A program made the position numbers and the translations under genes. The notes under the pieces are model-generated. The model was not told the DNA's origin, searched no databases, and saw nothing but the letters and a program-made list of their open reading frames with translations. This document shows, one piece after another, positions 10,056 to 21,875 of a stretch of 64,000 nucleotides of DNA (its first letter is position 1; each line of letters starts with the position of its first letter). Origin of the DNA: Diplonema japonicum (Eukaryota > Protista > Euglenozoa: Diplonemea); contig OZ025651.1 in assembly GCA_964019335.1 (NCBI GenBank), positions 620,001-684,000 of the forward strand, in the 5' to 3' direction.

Positions 10056-12833
10056 TCAGTACACCGATAAGTCAGGGGGGAGACTGTCGATCTCCGCGAC
10101 AACAGCAGATGCTAAGATCCTTTGAGACAAACCGTGCCTCAAACACTTCACGAAGAGTTGCCGCACTGTTGCTGGCACTTCAGGCGGGAGATCTGTTGCT
10201 GTGTCCCCCTCTTTCACTTCGAGCACGACGTCTGTGATGAGTTCGACTACAGCCACAGCAAGGGAGTAAACATCTGACTTCATGTACACCTTCGATTGAA
10301 ACTTCGTCTCTGGGGGTGCGTAGGCTTCTGTGCATGTCTGCCCCGCAAGTGCCTTGCTGCTAGTAGTCCGTGTAGCCAGCCCGAAGTCTGTCAACAGCAC
10401 CCTCGTTATCCGCTTCGCACTGCAATCCAGTAGAATATTGTGCGGCTTGATGTCCCTGTGGACGTACTTTAGCTTCTCATGGAACACCACCAGCGCCTCT
10501 GCCACACGTCGCATGATGAACAACGACTCCTTCACAGGCATCTTGTTGTCATCGTGAATGAACCTCATTGAGTTTGCTGTGTGTGGGAGTACTTCCATTA
10601 AAATAAGCCCAGTGTCCCCACACACAGCAGCACCCGCAAACCTCGGGAAGAGCTTTGGGCTTAAGGATTCCGAAAAGTTCAAGAGAATGCTCACCTCCTT
10701 AAGCAGTTGCTTGTCATCGCCCGTACATGTCTTCAATGCGTACTTCTTGCCGTGCAGCAACACCTCTTTTACGGAAGAACACCCACCCTCCCCAATGGGC
10801 CCAAGAGTCCGCACTCCGTACGCACCAACACTGGTGGCTGCCCTGCCGTGCTGCACCTCGATGTCTGACACCTTCGTCAGCAAGTGTCCCGCCTCCAAGG
10901 GAGAACACACTTCTACCTTGTATTCGCACATGTGCTTGTGCGTTGAGGACTTGCTACCCTCCGGGACACTGACATGGTTTGAGTCATCTATTGTATTCGG
11001 TAAACACACGAACACGTTACATTCCTTATCTACTTTGCACTGGATGCCCACTTCCTTCGTCAAGTACTTGAACAGCAGAGCCTTTTCCCGTACAGTAGCG
11101 TTGCCAACAGCGGTGAATGCACCGATGTGGCATTTTTTCTTCTTCTTAGAATCATCCTTCATATACCTTGGACCACTACCTCCCAAGAATGAATTCACCA
11201 TTACAGAAAGGCTAATTACTCTAGTGAGTACATCAACAGAACTTAGCAAGCGCGTGTCATTCACGAGCTGCTCCAGCACTGCGTCCTCAGCACTATCGTA
11301 AGTGACATCAGGCACTGTGTCTACATGCCCGTGTGACATCACGGTGAAGTACCCGAACAGCAGTGTCTCATCAAAGGCAGGCACACGCCGTGGCACCTTT
11401 CTATACCGGGGAATATCCAGCTCTGTTTGCTCCGCCTGGCGCTTCTCGCACTGCTTCATCGGCTTGGGCGTAAATGATACTGTCGGAGCCAAAGTAGGGG
11501 AAGTTGGAGAGGGGACGGGGTTCGGTGTAGGTGCAAGTGATACAGGTGCGGATATGGGAGCTAGTGCAGGTGCTGGCCTACGCACACGTGCAGGTGCCGG
11601 TGTAGGTACAGGTGTAGGTGTAGGTGCAGGTGTAGGTGTGGGTACAGGTACAGTTGGTGCAGATGTAGGCGGTTCCATGCTTAACTGAGACTCGATCAAG
11701 TTTATCTTAGGGCGCGCTTTCTTATCAGGGGTTCCTAGAGACTCTGGACTAAGGGATGATGCTGTCAAGATGAAAACCATATGATCGACTTGAAGAGTCA
11801 ATTTAGGTTCTTTCAGCGCCTTCCGCACAGCGGGGATAGCAAAGAAAGTGACCGTGAAGGTGATGTTGCCATCTATAGTTCGCCGTGTCGAGATGTCGAA
11901 GACCGCACCCTTGCGCTCTGCTTGGGCACGAACCTTCTTGCTGCACTCGTTTTGAAGGCGATCAGGAATGATCTTATCGGGGGTGTAGAGTAGCTGCTTA
12001 CTTTTGTCGCTCTTTGGTAGCATATCAAAGAGTGGCTTACGTTTCTCGCTTGGCTCGCTCATTCGAGAATACTGAACGGCCTTCAGGTTGCCAATAAGAC
12101 TGGGGTCCATCACCGAGCGCATCTTAGTCGTCTGAGAACCTGTCACGTGTGAACGCAGAGGGAGGCCCCCCGAGACGCACATCTGGGTAAGGGTCTGCAC
12201 ATCAGTATCAAATACAAAATCATCGGTGATCTCGTAATGGGTGTCGCCAAGGTCGAAGTCTAAGACCCTCGTTGATTCTTTTTCCTCTATCCGAATAGCT
12301 TGCAAGGGCCGCTTGTCTCCATTAACCGAAAGGAACGAGCCGCTGGGTGAAATATCCACACGCAAGGGGACTATCCTTTGCCCTACTCTATGGAATAGAT
12401 ACGTAAGTTCAGCAGTCTCCAAAGTGAGTAGTATCTTCCCCATTGGCTTGCGGCTACCCTCACCAAAAGCAAATATACTCCCATATTGTAGGACGGTTTC
12501 TTTATCTGTCATCTGAATCCACTCGTTCGTATCAGGCCGACTGCAGTAACACGTGATGCCTCCAAGACTCACTCCGGTCAGTTCTTTCTCCATGACACCA
12601 AGCCTAATCACAGCAGAGTTTGGGGCTTTAAAACCGGTTGGTACCACACTCCACATCCACTTTATGCCCCGCCACTTCTCCCTGTACACCCATGCTTCGG
12701 TCTCTTCGCCGCAATACAGGTATAGAGTCCCCTCTCTGATGGGGATGTCCTTTATCTGGCTGCTGCGGATGCGCAGACGTGCATCCCTCGGAATCATAAC
12801 CCCTGTGATGGAATGGCTTGTGCCCATCAACAA
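10056..12833 (-). CDS. Ser/Thr protein kinase with PT-repeat linker and EDR1-like domain
   Basis: Kinase motifs GEGGCSSV, YALK, HRDIKPHN, DFG, YAPPE, SDVYS. Upstream REKALLFKYLTKEVGIQCKV resembles the EDR1/CTR1 domain (RHRALLFKxLxDxxGIPC). Confidence 0.85.
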   Translation of the reverse strand: MLMGTSHSITGVMIPRDARLRIRSSQIKDIPIREGTLYLYCGEETEAWVYREKWRGIKWMWSVVPTGFKAPNSAVIRLGVMEKELTGVSLGGITCYCSRPDTNEWIQMTDKETVLQYGSIFAFGEGSRKPMGKILLTLETAELTYLFHRVGQRIVPLRVDISPSGSFLSVNGDKRPLQAIRIEEKESTRVLDFDLGDTHYEITDDFVFDTDVQTLTQMCVSGGLPLRSHVTGSQTTKMRSVMDPSLIGNLKAVQYSRMSEPSEKRKPLFDMLPKSDKSKQLLYTPDKIIPDRLQNECSKKVRAQAERKGAVFDISTRRTIDGNITFTVTFFAIPAVRKALKEPKLTLQVDHMVFILTASSLSPESLGTPDKKARPKINLIESQLSMEPPTSAPTVPVPTPTPAPTPTPVPTPAPARVRRPAPALAPISAPVSLAPTPNPVPSPTSPTLAPTVSFTPKPMKQCEKRQAEQTELDIPRYRKVPRRVPAFDETLLFGYFTVMSHGHVDTVPDVTYDSAEDAVLEQLVNDTRLLSSVDVLTRVISLSVMVNSFLGGSGPRYMKDDSKKKKKCHIGAFTAVGNATVREKALLFKYLTKEVGIQCKVDKECNVFVCLPNTIDDSNHVSVPEGSKSSTHKHMCEYKVEVCSPLEAGHLLTKVSDIEVQHGRAATSVGAYGVRTLGPIGEGGCSSVKEVLLHGKKYALKTCTGDDKQLLKEVSILLNFSESLSPKLFPRFAGAAVCGDTGLILMEVLPHTANSMRFIHDDNKMPVKESLFIMRRVAEALVVFHEKLKYVHRDIKPHNILLDCSAKRITRVLLTDFGLATRTTSSKALAGQTCTEAYAPPETKFQSKVYMKSDVYSLAVAVVELITDVVLEVKEGDTATDLPPEVPATVRQLFVKCLRHGLSQRILASAVVAEIDSLPPDLSVY

Positions 12834-12847
12834 TGGACTTAATACAA

Positions 12848-13477
12848 CTACAAAGAAAGTGTGGGGGATACCCCTGCTGAGCGTGAACAGGGACCGAGTA
12901 GAGATGGGGACCCAGGGGACATGGACTGGAAGGCGTCTAGTTGGCTTTGTAAGGACGTCCGCTGTGTCTTAGATACATGTAGCTGCTCCGTGAGACGATC
13001 CGCAATTTTTGTCTTTTTTGAAAGCAGTTTTTGGAGTTCTTCCACACGACCTTCCAGCTCATGAACGTTGCTTGCCTTATGTTTTGCTTCTTTCAGTTTT
13101 TTCTCCAGTATTTCAATAATAGCGTGCATTTTCTCTTCTTTCTCAATACTCTTCCGTCTGATGGCTTCGTGGTGTGCCCGTTGAAGTTTTATATGATCTC
13201 GCAACTTCGCACCCCCTGCGTCGCCCACCAGGCTGTCCACTTGCCGCAAATGCTGCGTCGTCAGCTCATCGATCATCAGCAAATGCTCTCCCAGTTTCTC
13301 CTCTAATCTAGGTTCCATCAGCTTCCCTTCCAGCTCGGCTTCTTTCTTAAGCTGTCGCAGCAGGTCTCCGTCCCTTGGGGGTGAGACGGTGCCCTCTCGT
13401 ATGCACCAAGCGGTAGGTGGTGACTCGAATACTTGCAGTTTCTTCCGCTCTTTTCTGATGCCTTTACGAGGCTGCAT
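12848..13477 (-). CDS. Coiled-coil hypothetical protein
   Basis: 209-aa ORF with heptad-rich E/K/L composition, on the cluster strand. Confidence 0.7.
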   Translation of the reverse strand: MQPRKGIRKERKKLQVFESPPTAWCIREGTVSPPRDGDLLRQLKKEAELEGKLMEPRLEEKLGEHLLMIDELTTQHLRQVDSLVGDAGGAKLRDHIKLQRAHHEAIRRKSIEKEEKMHAIIEILEKKLKEAKHKASNVHELEGRVEELQKLLSKKTKIADRLTEQLHVSKTQRTSLQSQLDAFQSMSPGSPSLLGPCSRSAGVSPTLSL

Positions 13478-13611
13478 GAGTGTCTGAAGGGCTCGTTTGC
13501 TCTACAAAAAGAAAATAAAAAACAAGAACAAAAACCCAAGTGTAATGGGACACTACTCTACTACGTGTAAAAAAGGGCGACAATTAAACATGAGAGAGTG
13601 TTCCCGCATGG

Positions 13612-13851
13612 TCAGATGCCCTGCCCTGGCCACAACTGCTGGTTGCATTTTAGTTTGTAGAATTTTTGATACAGCTCGTGTGCTTCGCCTCCACTTTTTG
13701 CTTGGATCGACTGGAACATCTTTTTACACCTTTCTCGATTACTTCCTTTATGCTGTGTTTGAGCTAGCTTCAGTGTACCTGTGGCATGTCATGCAGATGA
13801 ATAGGACATACCCAGTGGTGCTGCCATGATGTCGTTGCCTGCGGCATCCAT
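13612..13851 (-). CDS. Small 68-aa protein (2 exons; intron 13779-13811), missed by the ORF track
   Basis: Removing the 33-nt gtatgt...cacag intron gives MDAAGNDIMAAPLGTLKLAQTQHKGSNRERCKKMFQSIQAKSGGEAHELYQKFYKLKCNQQLWPGQGI* (40+167 nt = 69 codons). Confidence 0.55.
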
Positions 13852-14542
13852 CTTGTGTAGACTGGGTGGATGAATGTGGAACAAATTAATGAATGGACAA
13901 CACGTGTCAAGACCCTAATTGAGTGGACAAGGAAAGACGAGAGTGGGGGGGGGGGGGGGGGGGGGTGCCGAGTCCTGTGCGCAGAACCGCCAAACAAAAT
14001 GGGAACAAGCAAACGCATTGCGTTCCCAAGCCCCGACGGGACCCCTTGATAGAAGGAACAAAATACCAAATCTAAAAAAAAGGGAGGACGTCATAAACCT
14101 TTTCGCGAGAAGAAAAAGGGGGGGAATCAGATTGTTAACTGTTTAGTACTAAAAAAGAATAACTCCCATATCTCTATCCCGTCTGGTCAATCCTGGACTT
14201 TGCTCTAGGGGGCTACCCATCCGAAGGAGGAATTGGGTTTCGAGAAAAGCTTTTTTTATTCCCCTTACACTCGTGGCAGGTTTCTTGAGATTTCTATGAT
14301 GAAAGCATTTTCCCTCAAGAACCCATTAGGTTCAATCCTATGAGGTGTTAGACGTTAAGGTCGGATGACACCCCGTCCCCTCCACTTCAAAGAATCGATT
14401 ATCTCCGACAGGAGGTTTATGACGCCTTCCCGAAAAAAAAAGAGAGAAAAGTAGATAACAGCAATGGCCTAGAGCAAAGATCGCACGCTCACACTGAGCA
14501 GTTGAAATGACACACGGATAGAGACAATGCCAGTACCTTTGG

Positions 14543-14971
14543 TCACCTGAGTTCATCTTTGATGATTTTACCAACTATCCGGACGTTCTTGTCAGTGAGA
14601 ACGGATGATGACCTGACTACGAGATGGTAAAGGCCTGCTGCGCTGACCTCCATCGCTGCTTCAAAGGGCGATGATGTCTTCCAGCCTTTCTTAGAGAGTT
14701 CGTTCTGAGGCATGAACCTTGTGCCGAAGAGTGTTGTGAGAGATTCGTCAAATAACTTTTTGTCGTGCATGTCAAGCCACGAGATTTCGACCGTTCGCCC
14801 CTTGTCATCTTTTGCATACAAGCGCACCTTCACCTTTGACTTGTACTGGATGGGCACCTCCAGAGTTACTGGTGTCACAATATCCACTGTTTGGATCTCG
14901 CTCCTTGCAATGTGCTTCAGAAGCCCCCCACCTTCGCCATTCTCGCCATCCCCGGAGAAGCAGCAACCCAT
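14543..14971 (-). CDS. Small dually acylated membrane protein (MGCCFS N-terminus)
   Basis: 142-aa ORF starting MGCCFS, an N-myristoylation/palmitoylation signature. Confidence 0.7.
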   Translation of the reverse strand: MGCCFSGDGENGEGGGLLKHIARSEIQTVDIVTPVTLEVPIQYKSKVKVRLYAKDDKGRTVEISWLDMHDKKLFDESLTTLFGTRFMPQNELSKKGWKTSSPFEAAMEVSAAGLYHLVVRSSSVLTDKNVRIVGKIIKDELR

Positions 14972-15491
14972 GACGTGTATTTAAGTTAAGTGCTCTTTCC
15001 TACTCGATACAGTTCGTGGAGATTGCAAGAAGAAGAAAAGGTAAGAAATAACAATGCAATAAAAAAAAATCCAAAAAAAAAAAGGAGTGGCACAATCTTT
15101 TTTCTTTTTAAAAAAGCTTTTTCATCTCTTCTTCTTGGTTTCTTTTTTTCTTTTTTTTTTTTTTTTCCTTTAGCTATCTCTCTTCGCGCGGAATGGAAAA
15201 CAAAAAACAAAAAAGTGGGGGACGGGGGAGACAAATAAAAAATTCTTCGAAGGATAAAAAAAAGGGGGGGGGGACCAAAGCTAAAGGAGGGATGCGGCGA
15301 CTGGGGATCTTGTGGGAGTGAAACAATGAAGAAAACAAAAAAAGCTAATTCAGAGAGGGGTACCGCCCCCTTCCCCTCTCTTTTTCTAAGGCGTTTTCAA
15401 GTCTGTGTATTGTGAAAAGAATGAAAAAAAATGGGGGGGAGGGGGGGACGAGGCACACAAGCCTCCCCTCCAAGCCCTTCCTTGGCACCCA

Positions 15492-15569
15492 CGCATCTGC
15501 CTACCTTTGTATCCGTGGTAGCCTAGACTTTTGTAAGACGCCAGGTGACATCTCGGCGGTGGTAGGCAA
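15492..15569 (-). ncRNA. Candidate single-hairpin AGA-box (H/ACA-like) snoRNA
   Basis: Minus strand: GCCTACC...GGTAGGC basal stem directly followed by AGA+3 nt; 14 nt from the upper CCG/CGG stem to AGA. No target identified. Confidence 0.25.
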
Positions 15570-17813
15570 GGGGTAAGGCGACAGGAAAAGAGGGAACCAG
15601 AAAAGAAAGAGGGGGGGAAAAGAAAAACAAGCAGGTGGTTTGGGCCAGACTCACATAACAATTTTTCTTCAGAACAGTGGACAAGATGCCACAGCATAGA
15701 AGGAACAAGCTTGGGGAAGAAGAAATGAGGAAAAAGGTATTACGTAAGATATGGGGAGAATGGAAATAAAAAAAGGGGTGAGGGGGAGCAGTGGTGACAG
15801 CACGCACAAATGTTGCTTCACTCCCCCTGTCCGGGTGTCTCTTTGTTTTTATAGGGGGCCCTTCTACCCACTGACACTGGTTTTCTCTATCCTTCTCCTT
15901 TTTTCCCCATTTTTTTTTTTTTTTTTTTTTTACTTGAGTGCAATACGGCAAAGCGAATGTAGTACTTTCTTTGAAGCAAAGGCTAAGATCTTCAAGGAAT
16001 GAGTGTTCTTTTTTTTCTTCTCCTTTTTCTTTTTTCCATCCCACCCGTCTTTATTTCTAGGCGTGGTGCAGAAGGGTCAAGAAATACAACAGGCTGCAGT
16101 GTCCCTCGTTTCAATTTTTTTTGTACAGAGAACTATGGAACAAAAGAGGGAAAACAACAAGAAAAAAACAGGAGAGAAAAAAATAGAAGATAAAGGAATG
16201 AAGAAAGCGAAGAAGGAAAAAAAAATTCACTATGATAGGAACGAAGTGGTTAGCAACGGCCCGCAAAAAAAGAAAGAGTGAGCATCCCCCCCCCCCCCCC
16301 CCCCCCGCCTCTCCCTTTCTTTTTTACACTATGCAAAGCTAACTTTTTTATAGCATTTTTTTAAATTGTAAAGTAGTCATCTGTCATTACCCCACACAGG
16401 CGCACACACAAAATTTCCTCTTTCTCTCTCTCCCCCTTTACCCCTTCTGTCAAGATGATGGAGGGATCGTAAAGGGCTAAAATAACTAGGGGGAGTTTCC
16501 CCCTCTTCCTGTTCTTGTTGCTTCCTTTCTGCTTCCCTCATATCCACCGCCACCAGGTTGGGTATCGCCCTGTGCATTGCTGTCAAGCCTCTAGTCTGAA
16601 AGGCATGTTAGGAAGAAGTCATGTACTAATTGCTTCTTCAACTTGAAAAGAAAAAAAGAGGGGGAAAACACCCCTTTCCGGTGCTCTTTCCTTTTTTCTT
16701 TTTTTCCCCTTTCGCATCCTTAGGTTATCAAAAGAAGTGGGAAGGGTTTAAGGGTAGGAGGTAAAAAGAATGGAGGGGAACATGAAAAGTGAAAAAAAGA
16801 TTAGGGGGTCAATACTATGTAGATGAGAACCACCTGGCAAAAAAGGAAAAGATTGGGGAAATGATGTAAAGAAAAGGAAGGGAGAAATAAGGGGAACCAC
16901 CACATTTTTTTTTGTTCTTTCTTTTTTCTTCTCTCCCCAGTCATCTTCCTGCCAATGAAAAAATTTATGGGGGGGGAATAAAAAGGGGAATAAGTTTACA
17001 AAAGAATCCCCTGCTGCCCAGTACCCAGTGCGCAACAAAGTCACAGGCGCGACCAGCTACGGGGGGGGGAGGGGGGTGCCCTTTGTTCAGAAGAAGAAGA
17101 AAAGGTCATGTCATTGTCGCTGGTTTCTTGTTCATTTTTGCTTTTCCAAAAGAATTTTTAGAATACTCCGAAGAAAAAAATAAAAGAAAAATAAAAAGAA
17201 AGGGAAAAGGGAAAGAAACCTGCATATCCTCTAAATTCCAACCCACGATAGCTACTTGGATAGGCCAGCAACCTTTTACTTTGCAAGAATTGCAATAAAA
17301 GGCAGTTTCACTTTTTTAAAATAGGGGGGGGGGGGCACAGGAAAGGAGAGAAAAATCTTTTGTTGTTTGAGTTTTTCCTTCTCAATTCCTTATTTCCGAC
17401 TTCTTCTCTGCTTTCAAAAAAAAGGGGGGGGGGCTAACAACAACCAAGACTTGGTTCAGTTGCACTTTAAAAAGGGGGGGGACAAAAAAAGAGCACGCAG
17501 GTGTCACCTCTCACGATGCTGGCCTATCGACTTTAGTCAATACGAAGCAGCGGTCTGCCGACCTTGCCAAACAGACCAGAATCAGTTTTAGTACTACGTG
17601 AAGAGGCTCTTGGTGTTGCTTAGCGCCACTGACCGCTGTCTGCACATAACATAAAGGCCAAAGCAATGGCCTTCCGGCACCAGACGCTGCAAGGTAAGAA
17701 AACGAAACACAACACAAAGAAGACACCTGCTGCAGGTATCCCAAACTGCAACGGTGCAAAGAAATTGGAGAAGGGGATCTAGCGCACAAGGCCGCCGATA
17801 CTTCTTTGGTTCA

Positions 17814-17871
17814 TCAAATAGACTGGACGTGCGACGCAGAGACAACCTGTGTCATGCCACCGTGCTGCTGC

Positions 17872-17918
<47 letters not shown>

Positions 17919-18260
17919 TTGCAGTATGTTGCTTGTTTGTTGCTAGATGCTCATACCTGCGTGACTTGAGCAAGAGTCTGCGGTGGCAATCCTGCAACAG
18001 GTGACATTGGTCCGGTCAATCCTGCGATAGTGCTTGGGGACTCCAAGGGCGGGGGGCCAGGAGAAATGTAGAGCGAGTGGGCCGGGATCCCTGGTGTTGC
18101 GGCAGGCTGTTGTCTGATCAAGAACTCGATGTGTTTCTGCTTCTCTTCTAGCTCCCTTCGCTGTGCTTCGATCTGAGCCTGCAGCTCGATGATGTGTGGA
18201 GGACTGTGCTGTGAGAGTGGAGATGGTTGCGCGTGGACCTGCTGTTGGTGGTGGTGCTGC

Positions 18261-18295
<35 letters not shown>

Positions 18296-20687
18296 CTGCG
18301 GCTGCTGTTGCTGCTGCTGCTGTTGCGGTTGCGGTTGCTGCACCGATAGCATGGAGTGGTGGAGAGGTGTCTGGCCATGACCCTGGATTGGTCTGTTAAC
18401 AATTGCTGCTGCCGGAGCCCCGATGGGTGCAGGAACTGGGGTAGCAGCCGGAGTAGTAGGTGTGGCAGGAGACTGAGTTGCAGACATTGGGGCAGCACTG
18501 CCAGGGGCATTGAACGGCTCCACGGCTCTTGCCTCTTCCGCTTCTAGCTCTGCGAGCTTCTTCTCGAATTCAGGAAGTGCATTCACTTTGGCGATTTCAG
18601 CAGGGGACAGAACTTTGCCCTGTGATAGCTGTAGTTAGCTCCTTTGCATACCTGTCGCTGTCTCTCAAGGTGGTAGTGTATAAATCTGATCTTCTTTCTA
18701 ATAGCCCTCATGGTTTTGAACCTCTTTTCTGAGTCGTTGGAGTAAGTCATAGGCTGTTGCGGCTTCCTCAAGAAGTCCAGTGAGTCCACGCCAAGTATCC
18801 TCTTCTGTGTCTCTACTTCTTTGTTCTGCTGCTCCTCCAGGAGCTGCAGCTCTCTCTGCAAGAATGGCAGAGACTTCACGCGCTGTTTCTCAGCTGACGT
18901 CAGTTCTCTTCCTTTTCCTTGTCTCTGAAGGAAGAAGTTGATATATCTAATCTTCTTACGTACTGTTCTAATCAGCTTCGCGCGCTCCTAGTGAATGGTT
19001 TGGTGCATAACTCAAACTACCTGGATGGCTCTTACAGGCTCGCTAACATCGGAGTCCCTGGGTTCTTCTTCTTCCTCTTCACTCTCCGACTGCCTGGCCC
19101 AAGCTTCGGCCGACGAACTGTTAAGCCCTCCGATGTTCATTTGTGCGTTTGGCAGCATGCCTGGCATCATGCCATACTGTGTTTTGGGTAGTGTGTGCTG
19201 TTGTGTCATACACTGCCGACGTTTCCAAATAGCATCTGCTGCTGCCCCATCATCATAGGCATCATGCCTGCAACACGAGTAATTGGGAGCATCCCCGGCA
19301 GCATCCCGGGCATCATGCCACCCCCCATCATGCCAAGCTGGCCTTGGTGCTGCTGTTGTTGCTGTTGCTGATGTCCCATCTGTTCTGACTGCATGTTGGG
19401 AGATATGATGGTTTGCTGCCCTTGGAATGCTGTGGGAGACTGCGGTAAATCCTCGGAGTCGGCTGTGAGAAATGGATATTGTAGTACTTCACTTACCTTT
19501 TGCACCTCCAACAGTGCCGAGCGCAGCTCCAGCCATAGCAGTGGCGCTGTTTGTTGTTATTTGGTGTAATGCATGCATACCTAGCGGGGTCCAAGGTGTC
19601 TCTTGCTGCGTGGTATGAAGATTTATCTTTGTTTCCGTTAGCACTGCTCGGTTGCTGCAGTTCGAAATGTGTTTGGTAGATGAACTCGGTGTAAAGTTCG
19701 GTGCTTTCCTTAAAGAGGAGCTCCTTCAGCATCGTGTCAGTGCTCGGGCGCTGCATACGCGCTGCTTTCTCTTCAGGTGTCTCCTGTAACATTTCTTGTT
19801 TCTTCTGGTTCGCATACCATATTACCCACAAAGGTAAGGCCACCATCCTGCCACAGTTGCATACTGTCACCGTTATCACGGGTGGACAACACAACACCAC
19901 ATACGGTCTGCTCTGAGTTGTCGGCCAGCTTCCCTGCGATCAAATGTGTGATCAAGGTTGTCCAGAGGTGTTTTCTATTAGCTTTCGGAACACCCCTGAC
20001 AACCCACTTGCCCCCTCGTTTGTTCATGGGATCTTCCCAAAGAGGCTTGATCCCCTTCTTGAACACACGCAGGTTGCAGTGGTCTTTCAAATTGTGCACG
20101 TGAAGCGAGTCCCAGTACGTCCAAAAGCCCTGCACAGTGCTAAAGGTACCCAGCTCCACGATGCAGTCTTCATATATGGTGTGGCCGCCTTTGCGCGCCT
20201 TGCGGTTGGACTTATCAAACCAGATGGTCCATTCATGAGTGAGCTGAAGGGAAGATTCGCTGTCCGCAGTGCGCCTTCCCTTGCTGCCTTCTCGCTTTTC
20301 CTTGTTAAGAGCCGCCATAATGTCGGCACCTTGCTGGCCCCCAAAGGACAGGTTCGGGACAGAACGACTTCTATGCAAACTTTCGGTCAAGGGCGAGTCG
20401 CCAGCATCACTTGCAGACCCATCGCTGCCTGTAGTAGGGATACCGGGTACGTCATCAGCAAGCGGTGTGTAAGGCGACTGCTTCCCAACACTCTCGTTCA
20501 TGACATCGATTACGCCACCAACCACAACACCTACACCCGGCAACCCAGCATCAGCCCCGAGCATAACCTCCTCAATGGCCCCTTCAGTCGGCGGTTTGTT
20601 CTTATTTGTCGGAGAACTGCAAACCGCAGGGCTGGAGTCGCTCCTCGCCATTCCCCTGTGAGTGTCACCTTCCTCACTGTCCGACAT
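17814..20687 (-). CDS. Large eIF4E-family cap-binding protein with C-terminal eIF2A/PYM-like helical motifs and polyQ (introns 19784-19817, 19547-19580, 19463-19496, 19177-19211, 18988-19020, 18620-18651, ~17916-17956)
   Basis: eIF4E core: LTHEWTIW, FSTVQGFW, FKKGIKPLWEDPMNKRGGKW, VCGVVLSTR..MQLW. Seven 32-41 nt GT-AG introns join six fragmentary ORFs in frame. The final exon/stop is the least certain part. Confidence 0.82.
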
Positions 20688-20964
20688 CTTTGGGTTCTTA
20701 GCCTCTTCCTTTCTGTGTCCTGTTCGAAACTACTTCATACGCTTTCAATGATAAAACAGGGTATAAAAAAAATCACACTGTCAAGAAACTAAGGGGTTAT
20801 TGTCGGTCAGCCTGAGGCTGTAGGTGTTATCTTGGTAGTCAATCGGCAAGCAGCTGAACGCCTGCCTCCAGCTGGGTATGGCTAAGGTACTATTTTGATG
20901 GGTTGGAACATCCCAGTCCCTACACTACTTTATTAATGGCAGTCAGTATCGGGATTTCTTTATG

Positions 20965-21814
20965 CTAGTAAGGCTGCGATCTCACCGAGGCGGTGTAAGC
21001 CGTGTTGCTCTGTAGTTTTTTGTTTTTTTTTCAATTACCCCCCCCCCCCCCCGGCTTCAAAAGGGTTAAAAAAACTTTTGTCCCCTTATCATTTCCTTCT
21101 CCAGGATACCTGTGCAGGAGCATCCTCCATCGGTCTGTCCCACCTAGTCTCGCCAGAGGACGTGTAGTAGTAAGGCTGTGATGTGGTGTGATGACAGAAA
21201 GTGCGGGTATACCTTTCCGGATGATGGGTCGGAGGCTTCGAACCATGATTTATTATCAGCAGTGATCACATTCCCTGTTGCCGAGGGGGCCGAAGAGGAG
21301 TGTGAAGTGCGTGACTGCGAGTAGCCCCCACCAGACCATGAGTTACCGTATCCGGAGTTCCAGCTGCCACCTCCGCCGCCGCCTCCGCCGTTGTTGTTAT
21401 AGCCACCACCACCGTAGTTGTTGTTGTTATTGCCGTAAGATTGGTTGCCTTGCTGCGGGTTCTTGGTGCCAGGTGCCTCAGCCAATCTGATTATTGAGGT
21501 GAAAACAGATGTTTGGATTCGCTATATAAAAATACCTGACAATCAGCTGCTCTCCATCGGGTCCTGCGGCTTTGTGTGTCTGCAAAATTGCCTGCTCAGC
21601 TGCCGCATTATCCTGCAACGTCACAAACGCACTCAGTCTTCCGGTTTTTGACTTCCTGTCGTGCATGACAAACACTTTTTGAACAGCACTGTACTGGCCG
21701 AATGTTTTGTTAAGCCATTCCTGTTATGTTTATTACTACAAAAATAAATACCTCCAAGCTTGTAGTGGTGTCCTCGGGAGACAGAGCTAAATTCGCGATG
21801 TACAATCGTGCCAT
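20965..21814 (-). CDS. RNA-binding protein: RRM + Gly/Asn/Ser-rich region + WW domain + C-terminal PY-NLS-like motif (introns 21721-21751, 21487-21535, 21176-21212, 21010-21109)
   Basis: RNP2-like RLYIANL and RNP1-like RLSAFVTL; WW domain WFEASDPSSGKPYYYTSSGETRWDRP; spliced end SVRSQPY*. Confidence 0.8.
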
Positions 21815-21875
21815 GTTGCCTGCAAGAGATAGAACAAATGGAGAATAATCTGATTGTAAAAATAAGAAAATGAAA

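Noticed and set aside
14165-14440. Hairpins and TGATGA as a possible snoRNA cluster
   Set aside because: No matching D box or convincing AGA-box geometry on the transcribed strand.
14986-17500. Many K/F-rich short ORFs in low-complexity spacers (also 43500-45600, 61340-62160)
   Set aside because: Products of poly-A/T/G/C tracts in UTR or intergenic DNA; no coding signal.
17951-19900. Frameshifts, stop-codon readthrough or an alternative genetic code in the eIF4E and Sec61 regions
   Set aside because: All frame breaks are resolved by canonical short GT-AG introns.
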